A DNA stretch of 64,000 nucleotides from contig CAWJBB010000065.1 in the NCBI GenBank assembly GCA_963840855.1, positions 32,001 to 96,000 of the forward strand, written 5' to 3'. The stretch is from an uncultured delta proteobacterium (lineage in GTDB: Bacteria; Desulfobacterota; Binatia; UBA9968). The number at the start of each line of letters is the position of its first letter. Position 1 is the stretch's first letter. Shown here in pieces: positions 9,285-19,124 of the stretch. The notes under the pieces were generated by a model. It ran no database searches. It saw nothing but the letters and a program-made list of their open reading frames with translations, and was not told the DNA's origin. A program made the position numbers and the translations under genes.

Positions 9285-10172
9285 ATGATCGAGAGGAAAT
9301 TAATCCGACCGGATACGTTGGCGGAAGCGTTGGCTCAACGTGAACAATATGAGAAAGACGGATTGCCCATTGCGGGGGGGCAATCACTCTTGGTGTTGTT
9401 GCGCAATAAGCTCATCGATCCCAAAGTTTTGATCGATCTGGAGCGGATTGGAGAGTTGCGCGGCCTGCAGCAGCGGACGGATGGGATGTCGATCGGAGCC
9501 ATGACAACGATCCACAATCTGGCCTCAGCACCCGAGGTGCGAGGGGCGATCCCAATCTTGACTCAGGCGGCATCCAAGGTAGGTTCCACCGCGATTAGAA
9601 ATCTCGGCACGATAGGCGGCAACCTCTGTCACAACGAGCCCGGCGCGGATTTGCCGCCGGCGCTGCTGGCTTTGAATGCCGTTGTCGAACTCCGCAGTCG
9701 AGAGCGAACAAGAAAAGTCCCATTGCCGGAGTTCTTTCGAGGTTATTTCGAGACCACCATCGCGCCCGATGAACTACTCTGCCGCATCGAGATTCCGGTT
9801 TTGCCCGGTAGAGGGTCGGCCGTTTACTTGAAGCATGCGATCAGCTCGGAGGATCTTGCAATTGCGGGAGTAGCTGTGGTTCTGATCCCGGATGAGCAGC
9901 AGCCGCCGAGAGCGCAGGAGATACGGATCGGGTTGGGCGGTGTCGCGCCAATTCCGTTCAGAGCGAGCAAAGCTGAAACCGCCCTGCGCGGTGTAGCGCT
10001 CGATGACTCGGCGATCCGCGCAGCGGGAGAAATTGCCTCATCCGAGGCCGATCCAATGACTGATCTTCACGGTTCGGCGGATTATCGGCGAAAAATGGTC
10101 AAGGTTCTCGTTCGCAGGGCAATATCCGCAGCGATCCGACAATCGGGAAGGAACGGTCATGGCAAAGCTTAA
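9285..10172 (+). CDS. Mo-hydroxylase FAD-binding medium subunit (CoxM/CutM family)
   Basis: PIAGGQSL, IGAMTT, AIRNLGTIGGNL...PGADLPPAL, DLHGSADYRR. Confidence 0.92.
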   Translation: MIERKLIRPDTLAEALAQREQYEKDGLPIAGGQSLLVLLRNKLIDPKVLIDLERIGELRGLQQRTDGMSIGAMTTIHNLASAPEVRGAIPILTQAASKVGSTAIRNLGTIGGNLCHNEPGADLPPALLALNAVVELRSRERTRKVPLPEFFRGYFETTIAPDELLCRIEIPVLPGRGSAVYLKHAISSEDLAIAGVAVVLIPDEQQPPRAQEIRIGLGGVAPIPFRASKAETALRGVALDDSAIRAAGEIASSEADPMTDLHGSADYRRKMVKVLVRRAISAAIRQSGRNGHGKA

Positions 10173-10623
10173 ACTTCAAGTCAACGGCGAGGAAATCGAT
10201 CTCGAGGCAAAAGAGGCGGCGCTGTTGTTGGATGTTCTCAGAGAAGGCTTGGGATTAACCGGTACGAAGCGCGGCTGCGAGACCAGTCACTGCGGCGCGT
10301 GCACCGTTTTGTTGGACGGAATGGCCGTGCATAGCTGCGTGGTTCTGGCCGCTCGATGTGAAGGGAAAGCGATCACGACCGTTGAAGGTCTGGGCGAGGG
10401 CGGAGAACTGAACGAGCTGCAGCGGCAGTTTCTCAAGCACGGCGCGTTACAGTGCGGTTATTGCACCCCCGGGATGTTGATGGCCGCAACGGCCTTGCTA
10501 CGGCGCACGCCGCGACCGAGCTTGGAGGAAATTAAGCTCGGGCTTGACGGCAACTTATGCCGTTGCACGGGTTATACAGGGATCTTCGACGCGATTCAGG
10601 CGTGCGCGCTGGGGAGCAAATGA
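10159..10623 (+). CDS. Mo-hydroxylase 2Fe-2S small subunit (CoxS/CutS family)
   Basis: GTKRGCETSHCGACTV...SC, QCGYCTPG, GNLCRCTGY. Confidence 0.94.
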   Translation: MAKLKLQVNGEEIDLEAKEAALLLDVLREGLGLTGTKRGCETSHCGACTVLLDGMAVHSCVVLAARCEGKAITTVEGLGEGGELNELQRQFLKHGALQCGYCTPGMLMAATALLRRTPRPSLEEIKLGLDGNLCRCTGYTGIFDAIQACALGSK

Positions 10624-10798
10624 AGCTCCTCGGAGCAAAGCTCCGAGGTATCTTGCGAAATTCTCCGAAGCCCTTCCACCCTCCTTGCCTACTCAGCCGA
10701 AGCAGTCGCTTCGGCTGCGAAGGCCGGGCGCCAAGGCTACGGAGGGTTCTCCTCACCTTCATCCTCGCAGCAAGCTGCGAGGTATTCGGCGAAGGAGA
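10620..10798 (-). mobile_element. Miniature IS200/IS605-type element, family A copy 2, carrying a nested 42-bp hairpin insertion (10687-10728)
   Basis: Same ends as copy 1; preceded by TTTAT in element orientation; supplies the TGA of the CoxS-like gene. Confidence 0.78.
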
Positions 10799-10919
10799 AT
10801 AAAGCCAGCGCGCGGTTCGAGATACAACGTCAAGTTCCGGAAGGACATTGAACCCAGATTCCGCAGTCGCGATCGCCGCAAAGAGCGAGGCGAACCCTTC
10901 CATAGCGAAGGTCAACGCA

Positions 10920-13214
10920 ATGCAAACGGCAAGGAATAAAAAAGTCAAACCGCGGAGCTTTACTTCAATCGGCAAACCGGCGCCCAAAATCGAGGGGCTG
11001 CAAAAAGTTTCCGGCACAGCGCTCTATACGGCGGATAATCTGATTCCCGGAACAATTTGGGGCAAAGTTTTGCGCAGCCCCTATGCTCACGCCCGTATCG
11101 TCCGCGTGGACGCTTCACGGGTAAAATCACGGCCAGGGGTCATGGCCGTTATCACCGCGCTGGATATCCCCGACCTGTTGACCGGACGCCGGCTGCGCGA
11201 CATGCCGATGCTGGCGCGCGATCGCGCCCGTTTCATCGGCGAGAAAGTGGCGGTGGTGGCAGCAGAGGACCGCAATATTGCGGAAGAGGCGGCCCAACTG
11301 ATCGAGGTGGAGTATGAGCCGTTGCCGGCGGTGTTCGATCCGCTGGTCGCTGTCACCGCGGGGGCGCCGCAGCTTCATGAAAAGCTCAAGGACTATCAGG
11401 GGCTGCCGAAACTCGCCTCTTCAATCAATAATGTATACTCGCATGACGAGTGGCGTATTGGCGATGTCGAGCGGGGGTTTCGCGAGTCCGATCAAATTTT
11501 CGAGGATACGTTCACGACGCAGCATGTTCATCAATCGTATCTGGAGCCCCATTCGAGCGTGCTATCCATAGACAAACACACCGGCTCCGTCCTTGTCTGG
11601 GTGAGCAACAAGGCTCCGTACCAGACCAAGCAAAGTCTTGCGCACGCGATTGGCGTCCCCGCCGAAAAAATCGTCATCCACGTCTCTGCGATAGGCGGTG
11701 ACTTTGGCGGTAAGGGTGCGCTCATGGACCTTCCCCTCTGTTATTTCCTCGCTGAGCGGACGGGCCGGCCGGTGCGGATGATCATGACTTATACCGAAGA
11801 GCTCATGGCGGGAAATCCTCGGCACGCGGCGGTTATCGTCGTGAAGACGGGTGTTAAAAAAGATGGAACGATTATGGCGAGACAGGTCAGGGCTTTTTGG
11901 AATGGCGGCGCCTATGGCGCGATGAAGCCGATTCCGTCGGTGAACTTGCCGGGCGCCGTCAAAGCCGCCGGCTCCTATCGTATTCCAAACGTGAAGATCG
12001 ACTCCTACGCGGTTTACACCAACAGTGTCCCCTGCGGTCATTTCCGCTCTCCGGGAATGGTACAACTGGTTTTTGCCGGCGAATCCCAGATGGATATGAT
12101 CGCCGAATCGCTGCAGATCGATCCTCTCGAGATTCGAATCCGCAACGCTCTTCAAGACGGCGATCCGACGCCGGGGGAGAACAAGCATGGCCTGATCGAC
12201 GTTAAGTGCCGGGATGTGCTCGAGTCGGCCGGCGAGGTTTCCAGATGGAAGACGTTTAGAAAAGCACCTCATGTGGGCCGCGGGGTTGCGCTATCCTATC
12301 GCAACGTTGGCATCGGCGACGCCAATGCGCGATTGAGTTTAGGTACCGACGGCATCGTCTCGTTATTGATCACCTACGCCGACACCGGCACCGGCGCGCA
12401 TACGATCCTTTGTCAGATGATTGCCGAGGTCTTGGACATTCCGTTAGATCGAGTGAGATTGGAAGTAGGAACAACGGACTCTTTCCGCTCCGAATCCGGC
12501 ACTGGCGCCAGCCGTGTGACCTTTGTGTTAGGACAGGCTGTGTTGAAGGCCGTCGACCAGTTAAAGGCCCTGCTGCGCCAGCGTGCCGCGAAAATGCTCG
12601 GCGTATCGGCCGACGGGATCGCGATCAAAAATGGCAAGGCGGCCGTGGAAGGCCGTAGCGCGCCATCTTTGTCTCTAGCTCAAATGGCCGCCGCTGCCGC
12701 AGCCGAAGGCGAGCGTCTCGAGGTGGAAAGCTATTACGAAGCCACTGAGACGCCCCCGGAAGGAGTATTCACTGCCTGCGTCGCCGAGGTGTATGTCGAC
12801 ACGGAGACCGGGCAAGTCCACTTACGGAAACTCAATACGGTTCATGACGTTGCGACGATTCTCAATCCCGTCGGACACCAGGGACAGATCGACAGCGGTA
12901 TCATGCAAGGGGTGGGTTATGCTCTCACCGAAGAAATGGTGATGGCGGATGGGCAAGTTACGACCCTGAGCCTTGGCGACTACAAGATACCGAACATCAA
13001 GGATATTTCCGCCTTGCAAACGACCCTCGTCCGAGGCGATGTCGGCGCGGCGCCGTTCCAAAGCAAGGAGATCGGCGAAAGCGCCATTTCCCAAGTCGCG
13101 CCGGCGATCGCCAACGCCGTTTATGACGCGGTGGGCGTGCGCATTAAGGATCTGCCCATTACGGCCGAGAAAGTTTTCCGCGCTTTACAGGAAAGTCGCG
13201 CTCGCGCGTCGTAG
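10920..13214 (+). CDS. Second xanthine dehydrogenase-family molybdopterin-binding large subunit
   Basis: LRSPYAHA, HQSYLEPH, IGGDFGGKG, GHFRSPG loop, GTGASR, GQIDSG..QGVG, SKEIGE. ATG 10920 preferred over TTG 10848. Confidence 0.9.
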   Translation: MQTARNKKVKPRSFTSIGKPAPKIEGLQKVSGTALYTADNLIPGTIWGKVLRSPYAHARIVRVDASRVKSRPGVMAVITALDIPDLLTGRRLRDMPMLARDRARFIGEKVAVVAAEDRNIAEEAAQLIEVEYEPLPAVFDPLVAVTAGAPQLHEKLKDYQGLPKLASSINNVYSHDEWRIGDVERGFRESDQIFEDTFTTQHVHQSYLEPHSSVLSIDKHTGSVLVWVSNKAPYQTKQSLAHAIGVPAEKIVIHVSAIGGDFGGKGALMDLPLCYFLAERTGRPVRMIMTYTEELMAGNPRHAAVIVVKTGVKKDGTIMARQVRAFWNGGAYGAMKPIPSVNLPGAVKAAGSYRIPNVKIDSYAVYTNSVPCGHFRSPGMVQLVFAGESQMDMIAESLQIDPLEIRIRNALQDGDPTPGENKHGLIDVKCRDVLESAGEVSRWKTFRKAPHVGRGVALSYRNVGIGDANARLSLGTDGIVSLLITYADTGTGAHTILCQMIAEVLDIPLDRVRLEVGTTDSFRSESGTGASRVTFVLGQAVLKAVDQLKALLRQRAAKMLGVSADGIAIKNGKAAVEGRSAPSLSLAQMAAAAAAEGERLEVESYYEATETPPEGVFTACVAEVYVDTETGQVHLRKLNTVHDVATILNPVGHQGQIDSGIMQGVGYALTEEMVMADGQVTTLSLGDYKIPNIKDISALQTTLVRGDVGAAPFQSKEIGESAISQVAPAIANAVYDAVGVRIKDLPITAEKVFRALQESRARAS

Positions 13215-13269
13215 GGCGCGAGCCGCTTTGAGAATTGCGTTGGCAGTTCGCATTGCCGAGGAGGTAACG

Positions 13270-14220
13270 ATGATCCCGATGATTGTCCTATCGCTCTGCT
13301 GGTTCTTGCTCTTTCCATATCTCGCGACAGCTCAGCCGCTGAAGGAACTTCGCATCGGTTCCAGCGACGTCACCGTCAGCAACTTGTGCACGTTTTACGC
13401 GCGGGATCGAAAATATTTCGAAGCCGAAGGCTTTGACGTCAAGATCATCATCATCAAAACAGAAGCGGCCCTGGCCGCGTTGGGGGTCGGAGATCTCGAT
13501 TATTCGACCTTGAGCACTTCGTCTATTGAAGCCACGCTCAAAGGAATGCCGTTGCGTCTGATCGCCGTGACGAACCGGCAACCTTTGCTAGGTTTGTTGG
13601 TTCGCAAGGGAATCAATAACGTGTCGGAGCTGCGCGGCAAGAAATTATCGATCAGTTCTTTCGGCGGCGCGATTTACGGCGCCGCGGTGTATTTACTCAA
13701 GAACCACGGGCTTAGACCAAAGGAGGACGTTGTTATACTGGCGGGAGGTTCCAACTCGGCGCGCGCTGCCGCGCTTAAACAGGGCGCGGTGGATGCCGCG
13801 CTCTTGAGTTCTCCGGATGACATAAGAGCCGCCGGAGAAGGGTTCCGTATCTTGCTTGACGTTGGCAACGATTATCGGCTGCCGTGGGGCGGCGTCAGCA
13901 CGACCCTGGGGAAAATTCGCGGCAATGGCTCTGAAGTCGAAAAGGTTCTGCGTGCTGTTCTGCGCGCCACCAGGGCGATTACCGATCCGCACCATAAGGA
14001 TGATGTGACGGGGTGGATAGGGAAATTTTTCAAGCTCGATCGGGCCATGTCCGAAGAGTTCTATCGCAGGCTTGTTCCCTCTCTAAGCCCTACCGGGTTC
14101 GTGGAGCGTGACAAAATCAAGCTGGTGATCGACAACGCTGTCGAGCGCGGCTTGACCGACAAGCCTCTCGATCCGGATGCGGTGACGGACTTTTCCATCG
14201 CAAGGCAACTGCGTTTCTAA
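13270..14220 (+). CDS. ABC-type solute-binding protein, NMT1/THI5/SsuA-like
   Basis: RBS GGAGG, signal peptide, YFEAEGFDVKII, ELRGKKLSISSFG, ARAAALKQGAVDA. Confidence 0.85.
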   Translation: MIPMIVLSLCWFLLFPYLATAQPLKELRIGSSDVTVSNLCTFYARDRKYFEAEGFDVKIIIIKTEAALAALGVGDLDYSTLSTSSIEATLKGMPLRLIAVTNRQPLLGLLVRKGINNVSELRGKKLSISSFGGAIYGAAVYLLKNHGLRPKEDVVILAGGSNSARAAALKQGAVDAALLSSPDDIRAAGEGFRILLDVGNDYRLPWGGVSTTLGKIRGNGSEVEKVLRAVLRATRAITDPHHKDDVTGWIGKFFKLDRAMSEEFYRRLVPSLSPTGFVERDKIKLVIDNAVERGLTDKPLDPDAVTDFSIARQLRF

Positions 14221-14238
14221 ATCAAGGGAGCGAATCTT

Positions 14239-14739
14239 ATGAAGGCTGAGGCGAGTGAAGCCATCGTTAGAGGTCTCAAATCGGCGGGCGTGGACTTGGT
14301 CGCTATTCTGCCGGATCATGGGTTCGATCGAGTGCAAAGGAAAATCGCTGAAGATGACAGCTTTACCTTCGTGCCGGTGAGCAACGAAAGCATCGGCGTG
14401 GGCATATGCGCTGGAGCGTTCTTCGGCGGCAAGTCCCCTGCGCTGATGATTCCTACGTCCGGTTTTTTAGTTGCAGCATGGCCTCTGGCGAGCCTGCACA
14501 ATCTATGGAACATTCCGCTCCTGTTACTGATCCCGTACCGCGGCGAAATCGGCGACGCGCAGCCCGTAATGAGGACGTATCAGTTTACCACCGAGCCGAT
14601 TCTACGGGACTTGCAGATACCCTTTGTCAACGTGAGCGAGATTCCGAAAATTGAAGGCGCCATCAAGGACGCGGTAAGTTCGGCTTTTGCATGGCAGAAT
14701 CCGATTTGTATTTTATTCTCGGGGGAGACACTACGATGA
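14239..14739 (+). CDS. ThDP-dependent decarboxylase alpha subunit (sulfopyruvate decarboxylase ComD-like), pair 1
   Basis: GLKSAGVDLVAILPD, VPVSNESIGVGICAGAFFGGK, IPLLLLIPYRG. Confidence 0.82.
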   Translation: MKAEASEAIVRGLKSAGVDLVAILPDHGFDRVQRKIAEDDSFTFVPVSNESIGVGICAGAFFGGKSPALMIPTSGFLVAAWPLASLHNLWNIPLLLLIPYRGEIGDAQPVMRTYQFTTEPILRDLQIPFVNVSEIPKIEGAIKDAVSSAFAWQNPICILFSGETLR

Positions 14740-15350
14740 AGCGATTCGATTGTCTGAAAGCTCTGGCCACCGTCGTGCGCGAGGACGATCTGGTCGTCAC
14801 CAACCTGGGAAACACAATGCACGAGTGGCTTACCGTCCGGCCGTCGCGCGCGAATCTGTACAATATGAACCTTGGTCAGTGCACCCCGGTCGCTTTCGGA
14901 CTCGCATTGGCTCTACCCCATCGAAGGATCCTGGCGCTGGATGGAGATGGCAACCTCCTTTTGAATCTGGCTTCATTGGCCGACGTCGCGCATAGCAAAC
15001 CGGCTAACCTGCGAATCTTCGTATTCGACAACGAGGCCTACGAATCGCCGGGAGGAATGCCGAGCGCCACGGCCCATGGGGTGGATCTCGTCCAGATCGC
15101 CAAGGGCTGCGGCATCAACAAGAGTTTTGTGGTCTCGACGATTGAAGAATTCAAACAAAGGCTCCAGTTAGTCGACGAGAGCGGACTATTGTTTATTACC
15201 GCGAAAATCGAGCTCGGCACGATTGAAAGACCGCCCTACGCGGCCATGGATCACAAGTATAATAAGTACATTTTTGCGTCCTATATTGAGGAAACAGAAA
15301 AAAAACCGGTGCTGCGCTTGCGCTCCAGATCGCCGTTCACCGAAAAGTAA
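14736..15350 (+). CDS. ThDP-dependent decarboxylase beta subunit (ComE-like), pair 1
   Basis: MKRFDCL start overlaps the alpha stop (ATGA); GLALALPHRRILALDGDGNLL...FDNEAYE ThDP motif. Confidence 0.82.
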   Translation: MKRFDCLKALATVVREDDLVVTNLGNTMHEWLTVRPSRANLYNMNLGQCTPVAFGLALALPHRRILALDGDGNLLLNLASLADVAHSKPANLRIFVFDNEAYESPGGMPSATAHGVDLVQIAKGCGINKSFVVSTIEEFKQRLQLVDESGLLFITAKIELGTIERPPYAAMDHKYNKYIFASYIEETEKKPVLRLRSRSPFTEK

Positions 15351-15419
15351 AACCCGAGCGCAACGACACGGGACGGAAGGCAAAGTTATCGCTGCTGACA
15401 TAGTCAAGGGAGAAAAATT

Positions 15420-16418
15420 ATGTCCTGGATGCCATCGCTTTTTTTGGTTCTGTTGTTGATATATCCGTCGTGGGCTCCGGCCCAGTCAACAAAACTGGAA
15501 TCAGTGAAAATCGGCTACAGCGGCGTAGGTATTGCGCATGACCTGCTTAAAATCATGGGCAACAAGTTCGTCTTCGAAAAACACGGACTGAACGCGCAAA
15601 GCATCTACATCGGCAGCGGTTCGCTGATGAATCAGGCGGTGGTGGGCGGGAGTATTCAGTTCACCACCTCTGATCTTCCCTCGCAAATCCAATCGGCGCT
15701 CGCGGGCATAGATTTCAAGATCATCAGCGTTACCATCGACAGACTTGACGGCGCGATCATGGCTCGGAAAGGGATCCGAACCCCGCAGGAACTCAAAGGG
15801 AAAAAAATAGCCATCAGCCGGTTTGGCTCGGTGTCCGATATCGTGACGCGCATGGTCCTCAGGCATTGGGGCTTGGACGTCAAGGACGTTACTTTGATGC
15901 AAGTAGGCAATACACCGACTCGCATCGCGGCAATCTTGAGCGGCCAGGTGGACGGTGGGCTAATCAATCCGACCGACGTTGACAGACTGGCCGCCAGCGG
16001 TTGCTGTGTTTTGCTGGCAGACTTAAGCGCTCTGGATATTCCCTATGCGAGATTTGGCGTGGCCGGCTTGGGAAGTTATTTCAAAGCGAATCCTGACACC
16101 GCAGCCCGAGTATTGGCTGCCTTTACGGATGGAATTCATTATTACAAGACTCACCCGGACGACGGTATTGCTGCCCTGCGAAGCAGAGGCGGCGATGCGC
16201 AGATGTCCAAGGAGATATACCAAAAGGTGGCGGATTCTTATCGCGCCCGGCCCGACCCGGATCTGGTCAGCATCAAAGGCGTTTTGGACTCTCTGGCTGA
16301 TGAACGAACCAAAAAAATCCGCCCGGAAACACTGGTCGACCCCACGCCCTGGGAGAGAGTGGCAAAAAGCGGCCTGGTGGAAAGGCTCTATGGCAAGAAA
16401 GATCCTTCAACAAAATAA
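15420..16418 (+). CDS. ABC-type solute-binding protein, NMT1/SsuA-like
   Basis: Signal peptide, FEKHGLN, ELKGKKIAISRFGSVSD, RIAAILSGQVDG. Confidence 0.85.
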   Translation: MSWMPSLFLVLLLIYPSWAPAQSTKLESVKIGYSGVGIAHDLLKIMGNKFVFEKHGLNAQSIYIGSGSLMNQAVVGGSIQFTTSDLPSQIQSALAGIDFKIISVTIDRLDGAIMARKGIRTPQELKGKKIAISRFGSVSDIVTRMVLRHWGLDVKDVTLMQVGNTPTRIAAILSGQVDGGLINPTDVDRLAASGCCVLLADLSALDIPYARFGVAGLGSYFKANPDTAARVLAAFTDGIHYYKTHPDDGIAALRSRGGDAQMSKEIYQKVADSYRARPDPDLVSIKGVLDSLADERTKKIRPETLVDPTPWERVAKSGLVERLYGKKDPSTK

Positions 16419-16520
16419 CCGTGTCGGCAAAATCCGACTGATCCAGAGGCGCCGGCATCCGAAGTCTTGAGGGATCTCATGTTTAGCGGGACGCAAATTT
16501 CTCGGGTAAGAGGTTAACCT

Positions 16521-17030
16521 ATGAAAGAGACCATAGCTAAAGAAGTCGTTGACGGACTCAAAGACGCAGGGGTGAAGTTTGCTTCCTATTTGCCCGACAG
16601 TTGGCTGAAACCGATTTACCGCCGTCTATCAGAGGATCCGCATTTCATCACAATGCCCGTTTCCAACGAGGGGGTCGGCGTTGGATTGTGCTGCGGCGCC
16701 TGGCTGGGCGGAATGAAGGCGGTGATGTTGATGGAGAATACCGGTGTGCGCATGGCCTGTGATCAACTGGCTCGCCTGGGGATCAGCATCGGACTGCCCT
16801 GTTTCATGATCATTCCATACCGCGGAGATTTCGGCGATAAGCTGACCTATGCCGTAGCGCATGGCCAGACCATGCTTCCGGTTCTCGACGCGCTGCGCAT
16901 ACCCTACCATATAGTTCGCGAGGAAGACCGCATTCGTCAATCGATCCGCCGCTGTCTGACGACGATGAGCGTCACCAACTATCACGTGGCCATGATCATG
17001 GGCGCCGAAGTATGCGTCGAGAATCTTTGA
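16521..17030 (+). CDS. ComD-like ThDP decarboxylase alpha subunit, pair 2
   Basis: GLKDAGVKFASYLPDSW, PVSNEGVGVGLCCGAWLGG, MENTG, IIPYRGDFG. Confidence 0.82.
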   Translation: MKETIAKEVVDGLKDAGVKFASYLPDSWLKPIYRRLSEDPHFITMPVSNEGVGVGLCCGAWLGGMKAVMLMENTGVRMACDQLARLGISIGLPCFMIIPYRGDFGDKLTYAVAHGQTMLPVLDALRIPYHIVREEDRIRQSIRRCLTTMSVTNYHVAMIMGAEVCVENL

Positions 17031-17052
17031 TGCGGCGAAGGAGAAATTAATC

Positions 17053-17646
17053 GTGGAAAGAATCGATTGTCTGAAGGCCCTGGTTCCCTATATCAAAGAT
17101 CAGTTGGTCGTGGTCTCTTTAGGCCGAACGCCGCAGGAATGGGCCGAGGTCTGCCCGCGCGACGGCAACATGTTCAACTCGGGAATGGGCAATCATATCC
17201 CGGTAGCTTTGGGTTTGGCGAAGGCGCTGCCGCATCGCCAGATTATTCTCCTGGATACCGATGGCAGCGTGCTCATGCTGCTTTCGGCCCTGACCACTTT
17301 GGGATCTTACCCGGCGCCCAACTTGAAGGTTTTTGTCTTCGACAACGAAGCTTACGAGGGCACCGGCGGCCAGCCGACGGATACGTCACGGATGGCAGAC
17401 ATCGCCGCCATCGCGCAAGGCGCCGGCGTGGGCGGAGCCATAACGATCAAAGATTTGGATTCCTTTAAGGCCGCGGCGCGGAGCGCTTTGACCCAAGAGG
17501 GAATGACTTTCATCGTAGTCAAAGTCGAACTGGCAAAGGGACCGGCGCCGCGCAAGGCGGTTGGCCATAAGGAAGACCTGGTGCGGTTTGTGAGATACGT
17601 CGAGAAAACCGAGAACGTAACGATTCTTCACGCCGAGCATTCTTGA
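17053..17646 (+). CDS. ComE-like ThDP decarboxylase beta subunit, pair 2
   Basis: GMG...LGLAKALPHRQIILLDTDGSVLM...FDNEAYEGTGGQPT. Confidence 0.82.
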   Translation: MERIDCLKALVPYIKDQLVVVSLGRTPQEWAEVCPRDGNMFNSGMGNHIPVALGLAKALPHRQIILLDTDGSVLMLLSALTTLGSYPAPNLKVFVFDNEAYEGTGGQPTDTSRMADIAAIAQGAGVGGAITIKDLDSFKAAARSALTQEGMTFIVVKVELAKGPAPRKAVGHKEDLVRFVRYVEKTENVTILHAEHS

Positions 17647-17699
17647 AATTCGCGCGGAAACATCGGTAGTGCTTCAGTCTGATTTCAACGCCGGAAAAT

Positions 17700-17756
17700 G
17701 TAGGGGCACGCCCCTGTGCGTGCCCTCGTTGGGCGACCACGGGGGGTCGCCCCTAC
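17700..17756. repeat. GTAG-type REP doublet (REPIN-like) between convergent genes
   Basis: GTAGGGGCACGCCCCTGTGCGTGCCC ... GGGCGACCACGGGGGGTCGCCCCTAC. Confidence 0.75.
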
Positions 17757-17814
17757 AAACAAATTATTCTGAAACTGAACCGCGACGGAAACACTATCGC
17801 AAGAACGCGGGTTC

Positions 17815-18795
17815 TTATTTGAAAACCCGGTCGAGAAAGCCGCTCTGATCCAGTTCCTTCAGATAGCGCAGCGCGAAAAAATCTTCGGGTTTGAATTTTT
17901 TGGCGAGGGGCTCACGAATGGCGATGGCGTCCAATACCGCCTGCATTCCCTTCTCGCTGCCGTAAGGTTTTCGGGGCAGGATCTTTAGCAGGTAATCGTA
18001 AGTCTCGTCGAGGGCTTCCCGGTCCTCGAGACGCATCCAACGGCTCAACGTGACGAGGCTTTCTTCTTTGTTCTTGTGAATATAAGCGATGGCTTCAACG
18101 AAGCCGCTCAGAAAACCAAGTACCGTCTGGTGATTCTTCTGAGCAAAATCAGAAGTCACATCGATGGAATTATACGCCCAGGTAAGGCCGGCTTCTTGAA
18201 AACTGGTGATCTGCGTGAAGCCCATCTTTCTGGCGGTTACGGTGAGCGGGGGAGAAATCACCGTGGCGTCGACAGAGCCGGACCGTAGCGCGGAGAAGCG
18301 CGCGGTCTGGTCTCCGATACCCAATATCACCGCCTCCTTTTCCGGGTTGACTCCCAGGTTTCTCAAAGCGATTCGCAGCGACAGATCGGACACGGATCCC
18401 AACCGGCTGATCGCGAATCGTTTTCCTTTGAGTTGACCGGCGGACTTGATCGTCTGGGCGGAGACCAGAGTGTAGGGCAGAGTGTCGATGAACACAGCGA
18501 TGGTCGCCATATCGGCGCCGCGCATTTTAGCCTCGACGATCGAGCTGGTTCCACCGGCGTGAAACTGGACGGAGCCCGAGAGCAACGCCTGGACCGCGAG
18601 AGGCCCGCCCTGGATCGTAATGACTTCAGTATCGAGTCCGTGCTTCTTGAACAGGCGCCGGTCTTGGGCGATCCAGAGCGGCAACAACTCGCCGCTCAAC
18701 CCGGCGCTAGCGATGCGTATAGGCACGGCGTAAGCATGGGACAATACCGAAGAGACAGATAGCCCCAGCACAAGGCCTAGCAAGATCCGTCGCAT
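17815..18795 (-). CDS. ABC-type solute-binding protein, NMT1/SsuA-like
   Basis: MRRILLGLVLG signal, LPLWIAQDRRLFKKHGLD, LKGKRFAISRLGSVSD, ELDQSGF C-terminus. Confidence 0.85.
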   Translation of the reverse strand: MRRILLGLVLGLSVSSVLSHAYAVPIRIASAGLSGELLPLWIAQDRRLFKKHGLDTEVITIQGGPLAVQALLSGSVQFHAGGTSSIVEAKMRGADMATIAVFIDTLPYTLVSAQTIKSAGQLKGKRFAISRLGSVSDLSLRIALRNLGVNPEKEAVILGIGDQTARFSALRSGSVDATVISPPLTVTARKMGFTQITSFQEAGLTWAYNSIDVTSDFAQKNHQTVLGFLSGFVEAIAYIHKNKEESLVTLSRWMRLEDREALDETYDYLLKILPRKPYGSEKGMQAVLDAIAIREPLAKKFKPEDFFALRYLKELDQSGFLDRVFK

Positions 18796-18974
18796 TTTAC
18801 CCTCCTGGAACAACATCATTTGATGCGCGTCGCTTCGGCGAGTGAGCCCTCACCCTTTTCCCCCTCTCCAGAGACGGGCGAGGGGGAACCGTTTAGGCGT
18901 AGTCTCTTACACTCCGAGGTCTGAGAATTTGTCTCTAACATTTCATGCTCTTCAATGAACTGACAAGAATGTTG

Positions 18975-19055
18975 TCGCGCCAAGACGCTAAGCTCGCAAA
19001 GAAAGATTTTTACCTATTGCTCCGAACCTTGGCGCCTTTGCGCCTTTGCGCGAGA
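18975..19055. repeat. REP-like inverted element (CGCCAAGACGCTAAGCTCGCAAAG ... CTTGGCGCCTTTGCGCCTTTGCGCG)
   Basis: Inverted arrangement of 9-bp units; related copies at about 25760-25875 and 27203-27310. Confidence 0.65.
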
Positions 19056-19124
19056 CACAGTTTTTCCGATCTTCTCTTCATCCGAATTCAAATATATCTG
19101 GCTAGTTTTCGGACCTTCTCGGGC

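Noticed and set aside
10229-10239. Self-targeting: TGGATGTTCTC matches one end of the spacer at 36446-36480
   Set aside because: Only 11 nt match and the rest diverges; compatible with chance.
8815-13214. Aerobic CO dehydrogenase (coxMSL)
   Set aside because: The large subunits lack the AYxCSFR (form I) and AYxGAGR (form II) loops; only a family-level call is supported.
12973-13269. Long N-terminal extensions in the ORF track (also 5012, 10848, 25802, 30395, 35633, 39589, 40604)
   Set aside because: They overlap upstream genes or repeats; downstream ATGs with RBS, signal peptide or family-typical starts fit better.
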